DNA of 64,000 nucleotides. Source: Mustelus asterias. Its lineage: Eukaryota. Within the stretch, counting starts at the first letter, position 1. The number at the start of each line of letters is the position of its first letter. The DNA lies in NCBI RefSeq assembly GCF_964213995.1, contig NC_135801.1, forward strand, positions 24,862,001 through 24,926,000, in the 5' to 3' direction. Position numbers and translations under genes: made by a program. The notes under the pieces are model-generated. The model was given only the letters and a program-made list of their open reading frames with translations, made no database searches and was not told where the DNA came from. This document shows, in pieces, positions 25,901 to 38,506 of this stretch.

Positions 25901-26083
25901 TATTTGCTACCAAATAAACCTGTTGGACTTTAACCTGGTGTTGTGAGACTTCTTACTGTGCTTACCCCAGTCCAACGCTGGCATCTCCACATCATGAGAA
26001 TCTTCCACCACAGCTGGGATGATCACAAGCCAATTAAAATGACTTTGGAAAAATTAGCCTTTCCTGCCTAATATAACTTCATT

Positions 26084-26413
26084 GGAGCAGCACGGTGACA
26101 CAATGGTTAGCACTGCTGTCTCACAGCGCCAGGGACCCGGGTTTATTTCCGGCCTTGGTCATTGCCTATGTGGAGTTTGTACATTCTCCCCGTTTCTGTG
26201 TGGGTTTCCTCTGGGTGCTCCAGTTTCCTCCCACAGTCCAAAGATGTTAGGTTGATTGGCCATGCTAAATTAACCCTAGTGTCATGGGGAATTAGCAGGG
26301 TAAATATGTGGGGTTACGGGAATAGGGCCTTGGTGGGATTGTGGTCGGTGCACGCTTGATGGGCTGAATGGCCTCCTTCTGCACTGTAGGGATTCTATGA
26401 TTCTATCTATGAT
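26084..26413 (+). mobile_element. V-SINE, full length
   Basis: Head, V-domain and gattctat tail. Confidence 0.9.
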
Positions 26414-27000
26414 TGGCAGTTTGTCATCACCACTCTGCCAATGTATGATTCTTGGAAGGTACTTTGCCACATATTCTGAGGGAGATCATTGGTGCAATAT
26501 AACCTAGCACAGGTTGTTCAGAGGTTACATTTCCCAAACTGCCTATTCAGTTTCTGGGATGCATAGGTCTGTCGCATGCTTCTCAATTCGCATATGACAG
26601 TCAGCGCACGACCTTTGGAACAATCAGAGGTTGGAATGGGAAAGGTTCATTGTGCTTGCCTTCCCTGTCTCAAAGTTTGGGCTCATTCACTGCGTCAACA
26701 TTCCAAATGTTGCCTCATCCGACTGTTAGTGAGTGATATAAGTCTGGCATGATTTTCCTTGGTACGACCACATTCCATCTGTTCCTTTCCTCAGCACTGA
26801 ATACATCTCCCACTGTGATAGACCAAGGACTTCCTGAGTTGGCACCATAAGAGTTCAGTGTGCTTGTAACTGGACCAAAATGGAGATGCTCAGGTCTTAC
26901 AGTCAGTTCCAAGGATAAGTGTACCATGGTTCAAGTGCATAGCCTTTGGCAGTGCTGTTGAGCCTCTTTACTTGCAACCTCTCTGACAGATTCTCTCATT

Positions 27001-28418
27001 ATGTGGAGATGCCGGCATTGGACTGGGATAAACACAGTAAGAGTTTTAACAACACCAGGTTAAAGTCCAACAGGTTTATTTGGTAGCAAATGCCATTAGC
27101 TTTTGGAGCACTGCTCCTTCGTCAGATGGAGTGGATATCCGCTCTCAAACAGGGCATACAGAGACACAAAATCAAGTCACAGAATACTGATTAGAATGCG
27201 AATCTCTACAGCCAACCAGGTCTTAAAGATACAGACAATGTGAGTGGAGGGAGCATTAAGCACAGGTTAAAGAGATGTGTATTGTCTCCAGACAGGACAG
27301 CCAGTGAGATTCTGCAAGTCCAGGAGGCAAGCTGTGGGGGTTACTGATAGTGTGACATAAATCCAACATCCCGGTTTAGGCCGTCCTCATGTGTGCGGAA
27401 CTTGGCTATCAGTTTCTGCTCAGCGACTCTGCGCTGTCGTGTGTCGTGAAGGCTGCCTTGGAGAATGCTTACCTGAAGATCAGAGGCTGAATGCCCGTGA
27501 CTGCTGAAGTGCTCCCCCACAGGAAGAGAACAGCCTTGCCTGGTGATTGTCGAGTGGTGTTCATTCATCCATTGTCGTAGCGTCTGCATGGTTTCCCCAA
27601 TGTACCATGCCTCGGGACATCCTTTCCTGCAGCATATCAGGTAGACAACGTTGGCCGAGTCGCAAGAGTAGGTACCGTGTACCGTGTTCTCACGTGAGAT
27701 GATGGCATCCATGTCGATGATCCGGCACGTCTTGCAAGGTTGCTGTGGCAGGATTGTGTGGTGTCGTGGTCACTGTTCTCCTGAAGGTTGGGTAGTTTGC
27801 TGCGGACAATGGTCTGTTTGAGGTTGTGCGGTTGTTTGAAGGCAAGAAGTGGGGGTGTGCGGATGGCCTTGGCGAGATGTTCGTCATCATCAATGACACG
27901 TTGAAGGCTTCGGAGGAGATGCCGTAGCTTCTCCACTCCGGGGAAGTATTGGACGACGAAGGGTACTCTGTCCACCGTGTCCCGTGTTTGTCTTCTGAGG
28001 CCTTCTTGACACACGACAGCGCAGAGTCGCAGAGCAGAAACTGACAGCCAAGTTCCGCACACATGAGGATGGCCTAAACCAGGATCTTGGATTTATGTCA
28101 CACTATCAGTAACCCCCACAGCTTTCCTCCTGGACTTGCAGAATCTCACTGGCTGTCCTGTCTGGAGACAATACACATCTCTTTAACCTGTGCTTAATGC
28201 TCCCTCCACTCACATTGTCTGTATCTTTCAGACCTGGTTGGCTGTAGAGATTTGCATTCTAATCAGTATTCTGTAACTTGATTTTGTGTCTCTGTATGCC
28301 CTGTTTGAGAGCAGATATTCACTCCATCTGATGAAGGAGCAACGCTCCGAAAGCTAATGGCATTTGCTACCAAATAAACCTGTTGGACTTTAACCTGGCA
28401 TTGTTAAAACTCTTACTG
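27001..28418 (-). mobile_element. Penelope-like element with inverted 5' arm (27001-28000 minus, GIY-YIG remnant; 28001-28418 plus)
   Basis: VVYLICCRKGCPEAWYIGET; about 415-bp inverted repeat; 13-bp TSD agattctctcatt at 26988-27000 and 28419-28431. Confidence 0.93.
28324..28360 (+). ncRNA. Minimal type I hammerhead ribozyme motif
   Basis: ccat CTGATGA a ggagc-aac-gctcc GAAA gc TA atgg; the opposite-arm copy (27093-27129) has GAAA changed to AAAA. Confidence 0.75.
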
Positions 28419-28739
28419 AGATTCTCTCATTTCCATTTACTCCATCCTTAAGTTCAAAAGTATTTTGTAAATTCCATTTTTCTTTTGACAATATTTTAAA
28501 TGTTTTCATGCTGTGATCTCAGGTTGGCTCGCCATGGTCAGCCCGGCCCGATAGGTTGTAGGAAACATAAGGATTGGAACAGTGCTGAATTCAACATTTA
28601 GAATACTGGGAAACTAAGGTGATTCTTCATAGGAGGTGAAATAATGTTCAAGTTGGAGTTAACAATTAGCAAAAGAACACAAAATAAGAGCGGAACTAGA
28701 CCATTCGACCCCTGGAACCCATTCTGACATTCAGATAGA

Positions 28740-28885
28740 CAGCTTTTTGGTCTTTCAGAGAATTAAGGGATATGGAGTGTCAATAAAATGGAGTTGAAGC
28801 CCTAGATCAACCGTGATTGTACTGAATGGCAAAGCAAGCTCGATGGGCCATATGGTCTACTCTGGCTCCTATGTCTTGTGTTCCT
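28740..28885 (+). mobile_element. CR1 3' tail fragment
   Basis: attaagggatatgg..gaatggcaaagcaagctcgatgggccatatggtctactc. Confidence 0.6.
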
Positions 28886-28986
28886 GTGTATTCAATAAGC
28901 TTATGGTTGATCTGATCATGGTCTCAACTCCTCTTTCCTGTCTGTCCCCCCCACCCCTTTGATTCTCTTCTCGCTCAAACATCAAA

Positions 28987-29745
28987 CAGTGGTTAGCACT
29001 GCTGCCTTGCAGTATCAGGGACCCAGGTTTGATTACTATCTGTGTGGAGTCTGCACGTTCTCCCTGTATCTGCGTGGGTTTCCTTTGGGTGCTCCCTGTT
29101 TCTCCCACAGTCCAAAGATGGTTATGTGCATTGGCCATGCTAAATTCTCCCTCAGTGTACACGAACAGGCACCGGAGTGTGGCGAGTGGGGTGGCACGGT
29201 AGCACAGTGGTTAGCACTGCTGCTTCACAGCTCCAGGGACCTGGGTTCGATTCCCAGCTTGGGTCACTGTCTGTGTGGAGTTTGCACATTCTTCCTGTGC
29301 CTGCGTGAGTTTCCTCTGAGTTTCCTCCCACAGTCCGAAGATGTGCGGGTTAGGTTAATTGGCTACGCTAAATTGCCCCTTAGTGTCCCGGGATGCATAG
29401 GTTAGAGGGATTAGCGGGTAAATGTGTGCGGATATGGGGATAGGGCCTGGGTGGGATTGTGGTCGGCGCGGACTCGATGGGCCGAATGGCCTCTTTCTGC
29501 ACTGTAGGGTTTCTATGATTCTTTGATTTCTATGATAAATTGACCCTCGTGTTAGTGGGATTAGCAGGGTAAATATGTGGGGTTACAGGGATGGGGCCTG
29601 GGTGGGAATTTGGTCGGGGCAGACATGATGGACCGAGCGGCCTCCTTCTGCACTGTGGGGATTCTATGACTAGGAAATTTTCACAGTAACTTCATTGCAG
29701 TGTTAATGTAAGCCTACTTGTGGCTAATAACTAAACTTTACTTTT
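28987..29745 (+). mobile_element. Alternative-tail V-SINE (28987-29187 and 29668-29745) interrupted by a full V-SINE (29189-29536) and a second 3' half (29537-29668)
   Basis: Outer halves rejoin as gtgtggcga|ctagg..ttttcacagtaacttcattgcag. Confidence 0.85.
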
Positions 29746-29831
29746 ATACCTGGGGTTTGATTTCCGCTCTTTACTTAAGTTAACTGGTCTTAGATAGGCT
29801 GGAATTGGAGAATCACAATTGACTTCAGAAA

Positions 29832-29972
29832 TGTTTGGTGCACTGGCCACGTTAAATTCTCCCTCAGTGTCCCCGAACAGGCACGGGAGTGTGGCGACTC
29901 GGGGATTTTCACAGTAACTTCATTGCAGTGTTAATGTAAGCCTACTTGTGACACGAATAAATAAACTTTAAA
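29832..29972 (+). mobile_element. Alternative-tail V-SINE 3' part
   Basis: taaattctccctcagtg..cacagtaacttcattgcagtgttaatgtaagcctacttgtgac. Confidence 0.8.
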
Positions 29973-29999
29973 AACTCAGCCTTGAATATATCCGACCCA

Positions 30000-30135
30000 G
30001 CCTCCACTCCTCTCTGGGGAAGAGAGTTCCACAGATCACTCCTCAGTTCCATCATAAATTAGAACGTCTTATGTTGAAACTGCACCCACTAGTTCGCGAA
30101 TCCCCCACAAGGGAAAACATCCTCTCAGCATCTAC
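30000..30135 (-). mobile_element. Old CR1 fragment
   Basis: ctctggggaagagagttccacag..gggaaaacatcctctcagcatctacc. Confidence 0.55.
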
Positions 30136-30314
30136 CGAGGCAAGCCCCCATACCAACCTCCCCCCGCACCCCATCCCCGCCCCAAACCTCCACAGACTCT
30201 TACATGTTTCAGTACGAATATGGCCCAGATTTTACATGGAGGTAGTGGACCTGTTTATAAGCTGGAAAGCCAGAAATTCATAATCTTCAATGACCAATTG
30301 CATTCTTCTGAAGT

Positions 30315-30438
30315 GTAGCAATGTGGTTGGACTCTGAAATGGCCTCGCAAGCCACTCAGTTTCAAGGGCAACTAGGGATGGGCAGTAAATGCTGGCCAGC
30401 CAGCGGTGCCCATGTCCCAAGAACGCATTAAAAAAAAG
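30315..30438 (+). mobile_element. SINE family B 3' part
   Basis: gcaatgtggttg..gcaagccactcagtttcaagggcaactagggatgggc. Confidence 0.75.
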
Positions 30439-32029
30439 TCACAGTTGGAGGTTGAAGAGCTCGGGAAATATTTACTTTGGGGAATTTTAAAGAATAGATT
30501 AATCGAATGGCGGTACGTTGGAGATTGACACAAAAGTCAAATCACAGATATCACAGAATCAAATTTAATGATCATTGGCGGCAAAGTAGTGGTTGTGAGG
30601 CTGAAATAGCAGCCAGAGGTCACAGTTCAAATTCTTATTGTGGAAGTTGTGAAATTGAACTCAATAAATCTGTCATTTGTGAAATAGCTGAAAGCTGACA
30701 GATTGTCATAAAAATCCAGCGTGCGGTGTGTGAGCTCAAAACAAGAAATTGATTCTCCCAAGGAGTTTTTACAAAATCCCTGGAGTGATGGAAGTTCAAA
30801 GGTTAAAAGACATTTAGTGCAATAATACCAATGGTCAGTTCCAATAAAATGTAACATCCTGTGCATTGTTAGCTTTGCAGGACAGCATGAATAGCCACAA
30901 AACAGAAGATACATGTTGGGTGGTTTATAGGAATTAAGCCACAAAGTGATGCAAACCGCATAACTTATGTGTATTGAAATAATCATCCCTCAAACAGTCT
31001 GAAGACAAGGAATAAAAGAAAAACATGGAAGTTACAGCCAGCGACACACAGATCATTATCTTGTACTTGTAAAAGTACCCCAAGCTCAGGGGCTGCTTCA
31101 AGAAGTGCTCCATATGGTAACCTTTGAGAAGGTCATTGCCATGGTCTAGAATCAATATGATAAATACAACAAGCTGTGTGTTTCAATTTTGTAAGACCTT
31201 ATAGACCCAGTATCATGTTACCGACACAGATTTATTAAAGGAATGCACAACTTTGTAGGCAAGTGGGTGCTGTTAACTGAGAAGTGGACCGCAATCTACT
31301 CCCCCCATTACGGGCTCAAGATTGTTGCCAATTTGTGAAGTTAGTTTTTGGCTTTTTCTTAAGATGCAAATCAGTGTCTTGGAGGAAGAGCACTCATTGA
31401 GTTTTTGACCTCTGACTATAAGGTTCATGGGTTACTCTTTGACTGCAGTCTGGATGTCTTGAATTGTACCCTGCTCTCATGCACAAACTGATTGATATTT
31501 CCTGGAATGCAAGCGCACATTATCACTCAGTAACCTGGAAGTGATTATGTTACAATTATCACTCCGACAAAAGGATGCCAAAAGATAGCAGCTGCAAGAA
31601 GCAAGTTGGCAGTTTTTTGTCTGTCAAAGTCACCGCCAATGGAAAAAAGCATTAAAATCAACAAACCCTTTTTTTCGTTAATTGATATTTGATCTTTTTA
31701 TAACTTGGGCCGAAACCTTATCACCATTCACGCTGGCAGGATTTTCCCATCCTGCTGCAGTGAATGGAGATTTGGCTGGCCGCCAAATTCTCCGACCTCG
31801 CTGCAGCGGGAGCAGTTGTGAATGGCCGGTAAGATCACACCCCTGATGGTTTGATCTTACAATTCATGACATCATTTGGCCTCATCAAAATACTGGGAAA
31901 ACTTTGGTCGACTTTCCAAATGCTATTGATTGCCTTCTTTCCTGGAGGTCACAAGTTGAGGAGTTCTCTGCCAAGCAGTGTCCCTCGGTCAAGATGTTAT
32001 CAGTCTGAAATCCTTAACAAGACTATATT

Positions 32030-32155
32030 GGCCAGAATTCTACCATCCCACCCACTACGGGAATTGGAGCAGGCGAGGGGCAGACCATGGAAAGGTCCGT
32101 TCACCTCAGGTGGGATTTTACAGTTTCGGGATGAGCGAGGCCGTAAAGTCCCAAC
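32030..32155 (+). repeat. About 125-bp MITE-like repeat (copy 2)
   Basis: ggccagaattc..gaccatggaaaggtcc..gggattttacag..gtaaagtccc. Confidence 0.7.
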
Positions 32156-33608
32156 TAGCAAAAGGCTCCTGGGTATCTCTGTTTACAAGAGATCTATTGG
32201 AATTAACATTATCATTTTGTTGAATTCACCGTGTATTACTGGCAACAAAGCAATTCAAACTGTCTGGAGATTCCATAGAATACAAGGAACAAATATGTAA
32301 ACACTTTTAACTGAGGTATAAGGACATGTTGAGTACATGTGGAGCATAACACCTGAGGCGAAGTTGGGGTTGTCGTTTGAACATCTAGGATGTGACTTCC
32401 CCAATGAAACAGAATGAAAAGAAGCTCCAGACATTGTGTTATATCTGCTGATTCTGGTTTCCCCAGCCACATGGAGCGAAATCTCCAGCAAAAAAATGCC
32501 AGCTATTCAGTAAATTTCAGAACCACAATCATGGCATGGCATCGCACACTTACTGACAGCCTCTTACAAAAATGATCTTGCTCCAAAACAAATAGAAATT
32601 ACTTTAAGGACACGTTGCCTCCAGTTTCCCTCAGCCTTCTGCTTGCGTTCCAGAACTGCTGCTTGATACTGTCCCCAGTTTAAGATTCTGTCGCTCTGTG
32701 GAATACACCATGAATGTAAATGTGCATTGGCATAATCTTAAACCGGGAACTGAATCGAATAGGACGGTCAAAACCCAAGGAAGCTCACGAAGACTCAAGG
32801 CAATGGCTGAAAATAATGTGGAATAATTTCTAGACAGTACTGCATACAGGAATCAAACAGCAACCTAAATTACCATGCATCACCCTTGGTGAACCAAGAC
32901 ACTTCATTTCAAAATATATAGATATTATGTGATGTGTAATTTGTGCATATTTATGGTTAGAGACTGGGAAAATGTAACTTTCATTGTACTTTTGTACTTT
33001 TGATCTACTATTAGCAAGTTTCTTACAGTGTTCCTCATTGTGAGTAAAAGAATGGGCTGTTTGAAAGTGTGGTTTAGGTCATAATATCAGGGTGAGTGAT
33101 TTATTTGAATAATCGTTGGCCTTGTATTTTTACGAGTGCTTTGATAATCAACTTTGACACCTCAGTCCAGTATTCTAAGAGTAACGGCAGCAGATGGAGA
33201 AAGGTTAGTGCCAGGTGGGGGAACTGGTCAGCCTCTGTGCGGGGAGCAGTGCCTGTGGCATGCAGGGAGGTGGACCCAGATGCCATGGGGCAAAGGGGAT
33301 AGCAGCAGCATGAGCAGGAGCTGTCATTCAGGATTTGTGAGTTACAGTGTGATAAGAGCCCAGGCCAAATATAGGGCAGCTCAAAGCCTCTGATGGTGGT
33401 CAGAGGACAAGAAAGGGACAGGGGAGTGGGCTCGCAATTGCTGGAGACCTAGATGGACTGCTGGGACAGTATTCCTGAGCCCGGGAAGCCCCAAGGAGAG
33501 GAATATTCCTTCTGTGCCTGGCAAAGGTAATCTGGTTCACATGGTTATGGGAAATTAACAAGAGGACCGCCTCCAAATTAATTCAGCTACAAGGCTGATC
33601 AGAGACCA

Positions 33609-33755
33609 GGGGCAGAATTTTCCTATCCCACCTGCCCCGGGAATCATAGTGGGCTGACATGGACCATGCAAGGTCCATAGAACTGGGGTCGGGGGGGGGG
33701 GGGGGGGGGGGGGGGATTTTCCAGTCTTTGGGCGAGCGCGGTTGGAAAATCCCTG
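33609..33755 (+). repeat. MITE-like repeat (copy 3) with expanded poly-G
   Basis: gggcagaattt..gaccatgcaaggtcc..gggattttccag..tggaaaatccc. Confidence 0.7.
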
Positions 33756-34050
33756 GAGTTTAGATTTCCATGGTCTGCAGGTGGTCTGGAATATCAGATG
33801 AGAATGTTCTCTGTAAATGTTTAACTTCTCTGGATTAAGCTTTTTCATTAATGCTTATAAATATTTGATGCACATGTAATAGAGGATCCCTGTTTTATAA
33901 CTTTCACGCAATCTGTGTGCTTGACTCCCACGTAACATCTTGGTGTTAGTCATGGGATTCCACAACACACACAGCGAGACATGGTGGACGAAACAGAATG
34001 GTTCCTGACTGAGATGGAGTGGATGCTGAAAGAATTGGAATTGGTTCTGT

Positions 34051-34527
34051 CACGATAGCACAGTGGTTAGCACTCCTATCTCACAGCGCCAGGGATCCGA
34101 GTTCTATTCCTGGCTTGGGTCACTGCCTGTGTGGAATCTGCACGTTCTCGTTGTGTCTGCATGGGTTTCTTCCCACAGTCAGAAAGACGTACTGGTTAGG
34201 TGCATTGCCCATGCTAAATTCTCCCTAATTGTACCTGAACAGGTGCCAGAGTGTAGCGACTCGGGGATTTTCACAGTAACATCATTGCAGTAAGAAGTCT
34301 CACAACACCAAGTTCAAGTCCAACAGGTTTATTTGGAATCAGGAGCTTTTGGAGCGCTGATCCTTCATCACCTGATGAAGCTCGTGATTCCAAATAAACC
34401 TGTTGGACTTTATCCTAGTGTTGTGAAACCTCTTACTGTGCCCACCCCTATCCAGTGCCAGCATCTCTACTTAATTGCAGTGTTAATGTAAGTCCAATTG
34501 TGACACTAATAAATAAATGAACTTTAA
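34051..34527 (+). mobile_element. Alternative-tail V-SINE interrupted by a mini Penelope palindrome
   Basis: Tail cacagtaacatcattgcag|tgttaatgtaag is split, with attgcagt duplicated. Confidence 0.85.
34289..34473. mobile_element. About 180-bp palindromic Penelope-end insertion
   Basis: Inverted PLE termini meeting at ttcatca-cc-tgatgaa; TSD attgcagt at 34284-34291 and 34474-34481. Confidence 0.85.
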
Positions 34528-34814
34528 AAATGTCTTTGAGGGAGATCAAGTAACTGCAACTCTCGCCGAGGTATTGAATTCACAGGCAGAAGTTGAGAGC
34601 CAAAGTAATGACTAGGAAGCAGCTTCTAGTGGGTCCGCCTTGAACTCAACAACAGAAGGATGGAACATCCCATCACGGATATTCTAGCTGCCATTCTAGC
34701 TTTCCCCCAAACTGTCCAGCTCTCTACTAGAATATTCCATCACTGATTTTCTAGTAGGGAACCGAACAGTCTGGCGGGGGGGGGGGGGGGGGGGGGGGGA
34801 TGGGAAATGTCCAA

Positions 34815-35300
34815 CAAAATGGAGGCTGTGGACTGGATCAAGGACACAAAGCTGGCCATGTCATCCAGGGGCCTCAATGAGAAGAAACAGGTGGCACTCG
34901 TAATGGAGAAGCTCGCTGGGAAATATTGGGAAGCAGTACGGACGTCAAAAGAAGCCTGCGGCAGAGCTTTGAGGTTCTGACAAGGGTGTTTGGGGATAAA
35001 GGTAGCCTGTCACAGCTGCAGCAGAACACTTATGAGTATAAGCAAGCCAAAGGAACGGACCTAGTGAAGTTATTCAACTGCAATATCCTTCTAGATTACC
35101 CTGTCAACCCAATCAGAGACACACAGCTGGCTAATTGCCTAGCTGAAGCAGTGAGGGATGAAAGCATCCGAACTGAGTTAAGGACACTTAACAGCGACAA
35201 ACCCCTACCGTCCTTCTTTGATGCATGTGATTCATCATTCAGATCATGGGGAAAGACCAGTCAACTAAGATCAGAAAGGAAGCCATTGTCAGGGAGGTGA
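34815..35300 (+). pseudogene. Gypsy-type gag (capsid) remnant
   Basis: DWIKDTKLAMSSRGLNEKKQVALVMEKLAG..FEVLTRVFGD..YEYKQ..LAEAVRDESIRTELR. Confidence 0.55.
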
Positions 35301-36176
35301 CTGCTGGTGCTGCTTCGGATATAAACCTCAGACTTGAGGAAGCAGGCGGAACAGATTTCTACATAGCAAGCGCAAATCCAACCCTTGCTGTCCTGTCTCC
35401 ACACCAAGTTTCGAGACTAAGCATTCTCAAGCAATAAACCACAGAGCTGCTGGAATGTAACTGGATTGAGCATTTCAAATGATACTGCTCTCAATAATAT
35501 CAGGCACGGTGACCCCATCCAATACAACTTCATTCCGCTTCCCTCATCAGAGAAGAAACAAGCCCAGCAAAGGAAATGCAAATGCTAAGGGTCTCAGCCA
35601 GTAGACTGACCAAGATTACAGCTAATACCATGCCCATGCTTCAGGCAAATGGGTAGCATTCACACTCCAGTGCCCTGAGGAATCTGGGCAAGGAGGCGCC
35701 AAAGTATCACCGATGTGCTATTGCGTGGTTGAGTCATTTATGTTTTCCCTTTTCCATTTACCTCAAAAGAGGACCTCAGCTAGCTTCAACTGGTTGACAA
35801 AGACTGTAGAGTAAAGGGTTAATATCAGAAGCACCGGATGCTGATGTAACTATGAACTAATGACACATGATCAAGTAAAGAGAACTGGAAGGAAGAGAAG
35901 TCCAAACTAGAGCAGAATTCCTAAGATGTAGATCCAGAGCTGTAAATAAATAATAACATTTTTTTCCAAACTACAACCTTGAGGAGCTTACTTAAGGAAA
36001 TTAAACAAATCTCAAAGGACCACACCTAGACTCTGAACACACAATGAAACATAGTGATAGTGGACATCCAGAAAAACTCCAGGTAAAGACTATGGAGTGG
36101 AAAGGCTCTAAATCCTTGAAAGAAAGATGGAAGGAGTGGACTGGAGACTCACCAAAAATGTCCGAGGATCGCAGGT

Positions 36177-37667
36177 GCAGCAGATTTATCCACCTTCAAC
36201 CCCATCAATTTCGACAAAACCATTTCTCTACTAATGCTGATTTCCTTCAGCTCCTTATTAAAACACATTTCTCTCAGCACTTCTGGTACATTATTCATGT
36301 CTTCCTTTGTGAAGACTGAAGCAAAGCACAAATTTAACTCCTTAGCCATTTCTTTATTCCCCGTTATGAATTCTCCCATTTCTGACATGGGGCCTACATT
36401 CGTTTTGTCAATCTTTTTCCCTTTACATATCTATAGAAACTTTTACAGTCAGCTTTTATGTTCCCCGCTATCTTACTTTCAAACTCTATTTTTCCCTTCT
36501 TAATCAATCCCTTGGTCCTCCTTTGCTGAATTTTAAACTGCTCCCAATCCTCAGGCCTATTGCTTTTTCTTGCCAATCTGTATGCTTCTTCCATGAATCT
36601 GATACTATCTCTAATCTCCCTTTAAAGCCAGAGTTTGGCCACAATTCTCTTACCACTCTTGCACCAAACAGGAAGAAACAACTTCTGGGAGTTTACCTAT
36701 TCATTCTTTAAATGCCTGCCATTGTCTGTCCACTGTCTTTCCTTTCAGTAATGTTTCCCAGTCCATCATGGCCAATTCATGCCTCATACCATCACAGTTA
36801 CCTTCATTGAGATTCAGGACCCTGGTCTCAGAATCAATTACATCATTATCCAGCTTGACAAAGAATTCTACCATATTATGGTCACTCGTCCCCAAGGTTC
36901 TCTCACAACTAGATTGCCAACTAATCCTTTCTCATTGCACAAGTCCCAGACGGCCTGCTCCCTTGTTGGTTCCTCAAAATATTGCTCCAGTAAACCATCC
37001 CGTACACACTCCAGAAATTCCTCCTCTATTGTACTGTGACTAATTTGACTTTCCCAATCAATATGCAGATTAAAGTCACTCATAATCATAGGCGTTCCTT
37101 TCGCACATGCATCTCTGATTTCCTGTCTAATGCTTTTCCCAACATTACCACTACAGTTTGGTGGTCTGTATACCACCCCCACCAATGTTTTTTGCCCCTT
37201 GTTGTTTCTTAACTCGATCCATACAGATTCCACATCATCTATGCTTATATATTTTCTCAATATCACATCAATATCATCTTTCATCAACAATGCAACTCCA
37301 CCACCTTTTCCTTTCTGTGTGTCCCTCCTAAACACTGAATAGTCTTCAATGTTTAGTTCCCATCCTTGATCACCTTGGAGCCACGTCTCCGTAATGCCAA
37401 CTATATCATACCCCTTTACATCTATCTGTGCAACTAATCAATCCATTTTGTTTCGAATGCTCTGAGCGTTCAGGTACAAAAGCTTAAGGTGGGTACTTTT
37501 AACATTCCTTTTCCCTTTCCAACTATTTTTTACTCAGTCCTTATCTGACTCTCGCCCTTGATTTCTCTGCCTATCACTTTGCTTATTCTCTTTACTATCT
37601 TTTCCTTTTGATTTTAATACCCCCTGCTCTGAATCCTTGCAAAGGTTCCCATCCCCCTGCCATATAC
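36177..37667 (-). mobile_element. CR1 ORF2 N-terminal (APE endonuclease) fragment, decayed
   Basis: FRRD..KGGGVALL, VVYRPPN, DFNLHIDW, GTSDHN; multiple frameshifts. Confidence 0.9.
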
Positions 37668-37861
37668 TCTCATGATGGAAAATTGAAAATTGGGGATGTA
37701 TAAGGGTCTGCTCGGATGAGGAGGATCGCAACAGACACCTCCAGACGCTGAAAGATGCCCTCATAAGAACAGGATATGGCGCTCGACTCATCGATCAACA
37801 GTTCCGACGCGCCACAGCGAAAAACCGCACCGACCTCCTCAGAAGACAAACACGGGACACG

Positions 37862-38506
37862 GTGGACAGAGTACCCTTCGTCGTCCAGTACTTCCCCAGA
37901 GCGGAGAAGCTACGGCATCTCCTCCGGAGCCTTCAACATGTCATTGATGAAGACGAACATCTCGCCAAGGCCATCCCCACACCCCCACTTCTTGCCTTCA
38001 AACAACCATGCAACCTCAAACAGACCATTGTCCGCAGCAAACTACCCAGCCTTCAGGAGAACAGTGACCACGACACCACACAACCCTGCCACAGCAACCT
38101 CTGCAAGACGTGCCGGATCATCGACACGGATGCCATCATCTCACGTGAGAACACCATCTACCAGGTACACGGTACCTACTCTTGCAACTCGGTCAACGTT
38201 GTCTACCTGATACGCTGCAAGAAAGGATGTCCTGAGGCATGGTACATTGGGGAAACTATGCAGACGCTACGACAACGGATGAAGGAACACCGCTCGACAA
38301 TCACCAGGCAAGACTGTTCTCTTCCTGTGGGGGAGCACTTCAGCAGTCACGGGCATTCAGCCTTGGATCTTCAGGTAAGCGTTCTCCAAGGCGGCCTTCA
38401 CGACACACGACAGCGCAGAGTCGCTGAGCAGAAACTGATAGCCAAGTTCCACACACATGAGGACGGCCTAAACCGGGATGTTGGATTTATGTCACATTAT
38501 CAGTAA
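37862..38506 (+). CDS. Partial PLE ORF: GIY-YIG endonuclease C-terminus (frame open from about 37709; no native start)
   Basis: NVVYLIRCKKGCPEAWYIGETMQTLRQRMKEH..VGEHF..RRVAEQKLI..GLN. Confidence 0.8.
   Translation: MDRVPFVVQYFPRAEKLRHLLRSLQHVIDEDEHLAKAIPTPPLLAFKQPCNLKQTIVRSKLPSLQENSDHDTTQPCHSNLCKTCRIIDTDAIISRENTIYQVHGTYSCNSVNVVYLIRCKKGCPEAWYIGETMQTLRQRMKEHRSTITRQDCSLPVGEHFSSHGHSALDLQVSVLQGGLHDTRQRRVAEQKLIAKFHTHEDGLNRDVGFMSHYQ

Larger units (their letters stand above)
25104..25996. mobile_element. Inverted Penelope-like 3' ends (25104-25356 minus; 25707-25996 plus) enclosing captured DNA
   Basis: About 250-bp near-perfect inverted arms matching the PLE 3' UTR; 12-bp TSD agaatcttccac at 25092-25103 and 25997-26008. 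Confidence 0.93.

Noticed and set aside
25092-27000. Similar-looking TSDs (agaatct.., agattct..) as a PLE target consensus
   Set aside because: Other PLE TSDs here (gatgtataaggg, attgcagt) differ and the orientations are opposite; too few cases
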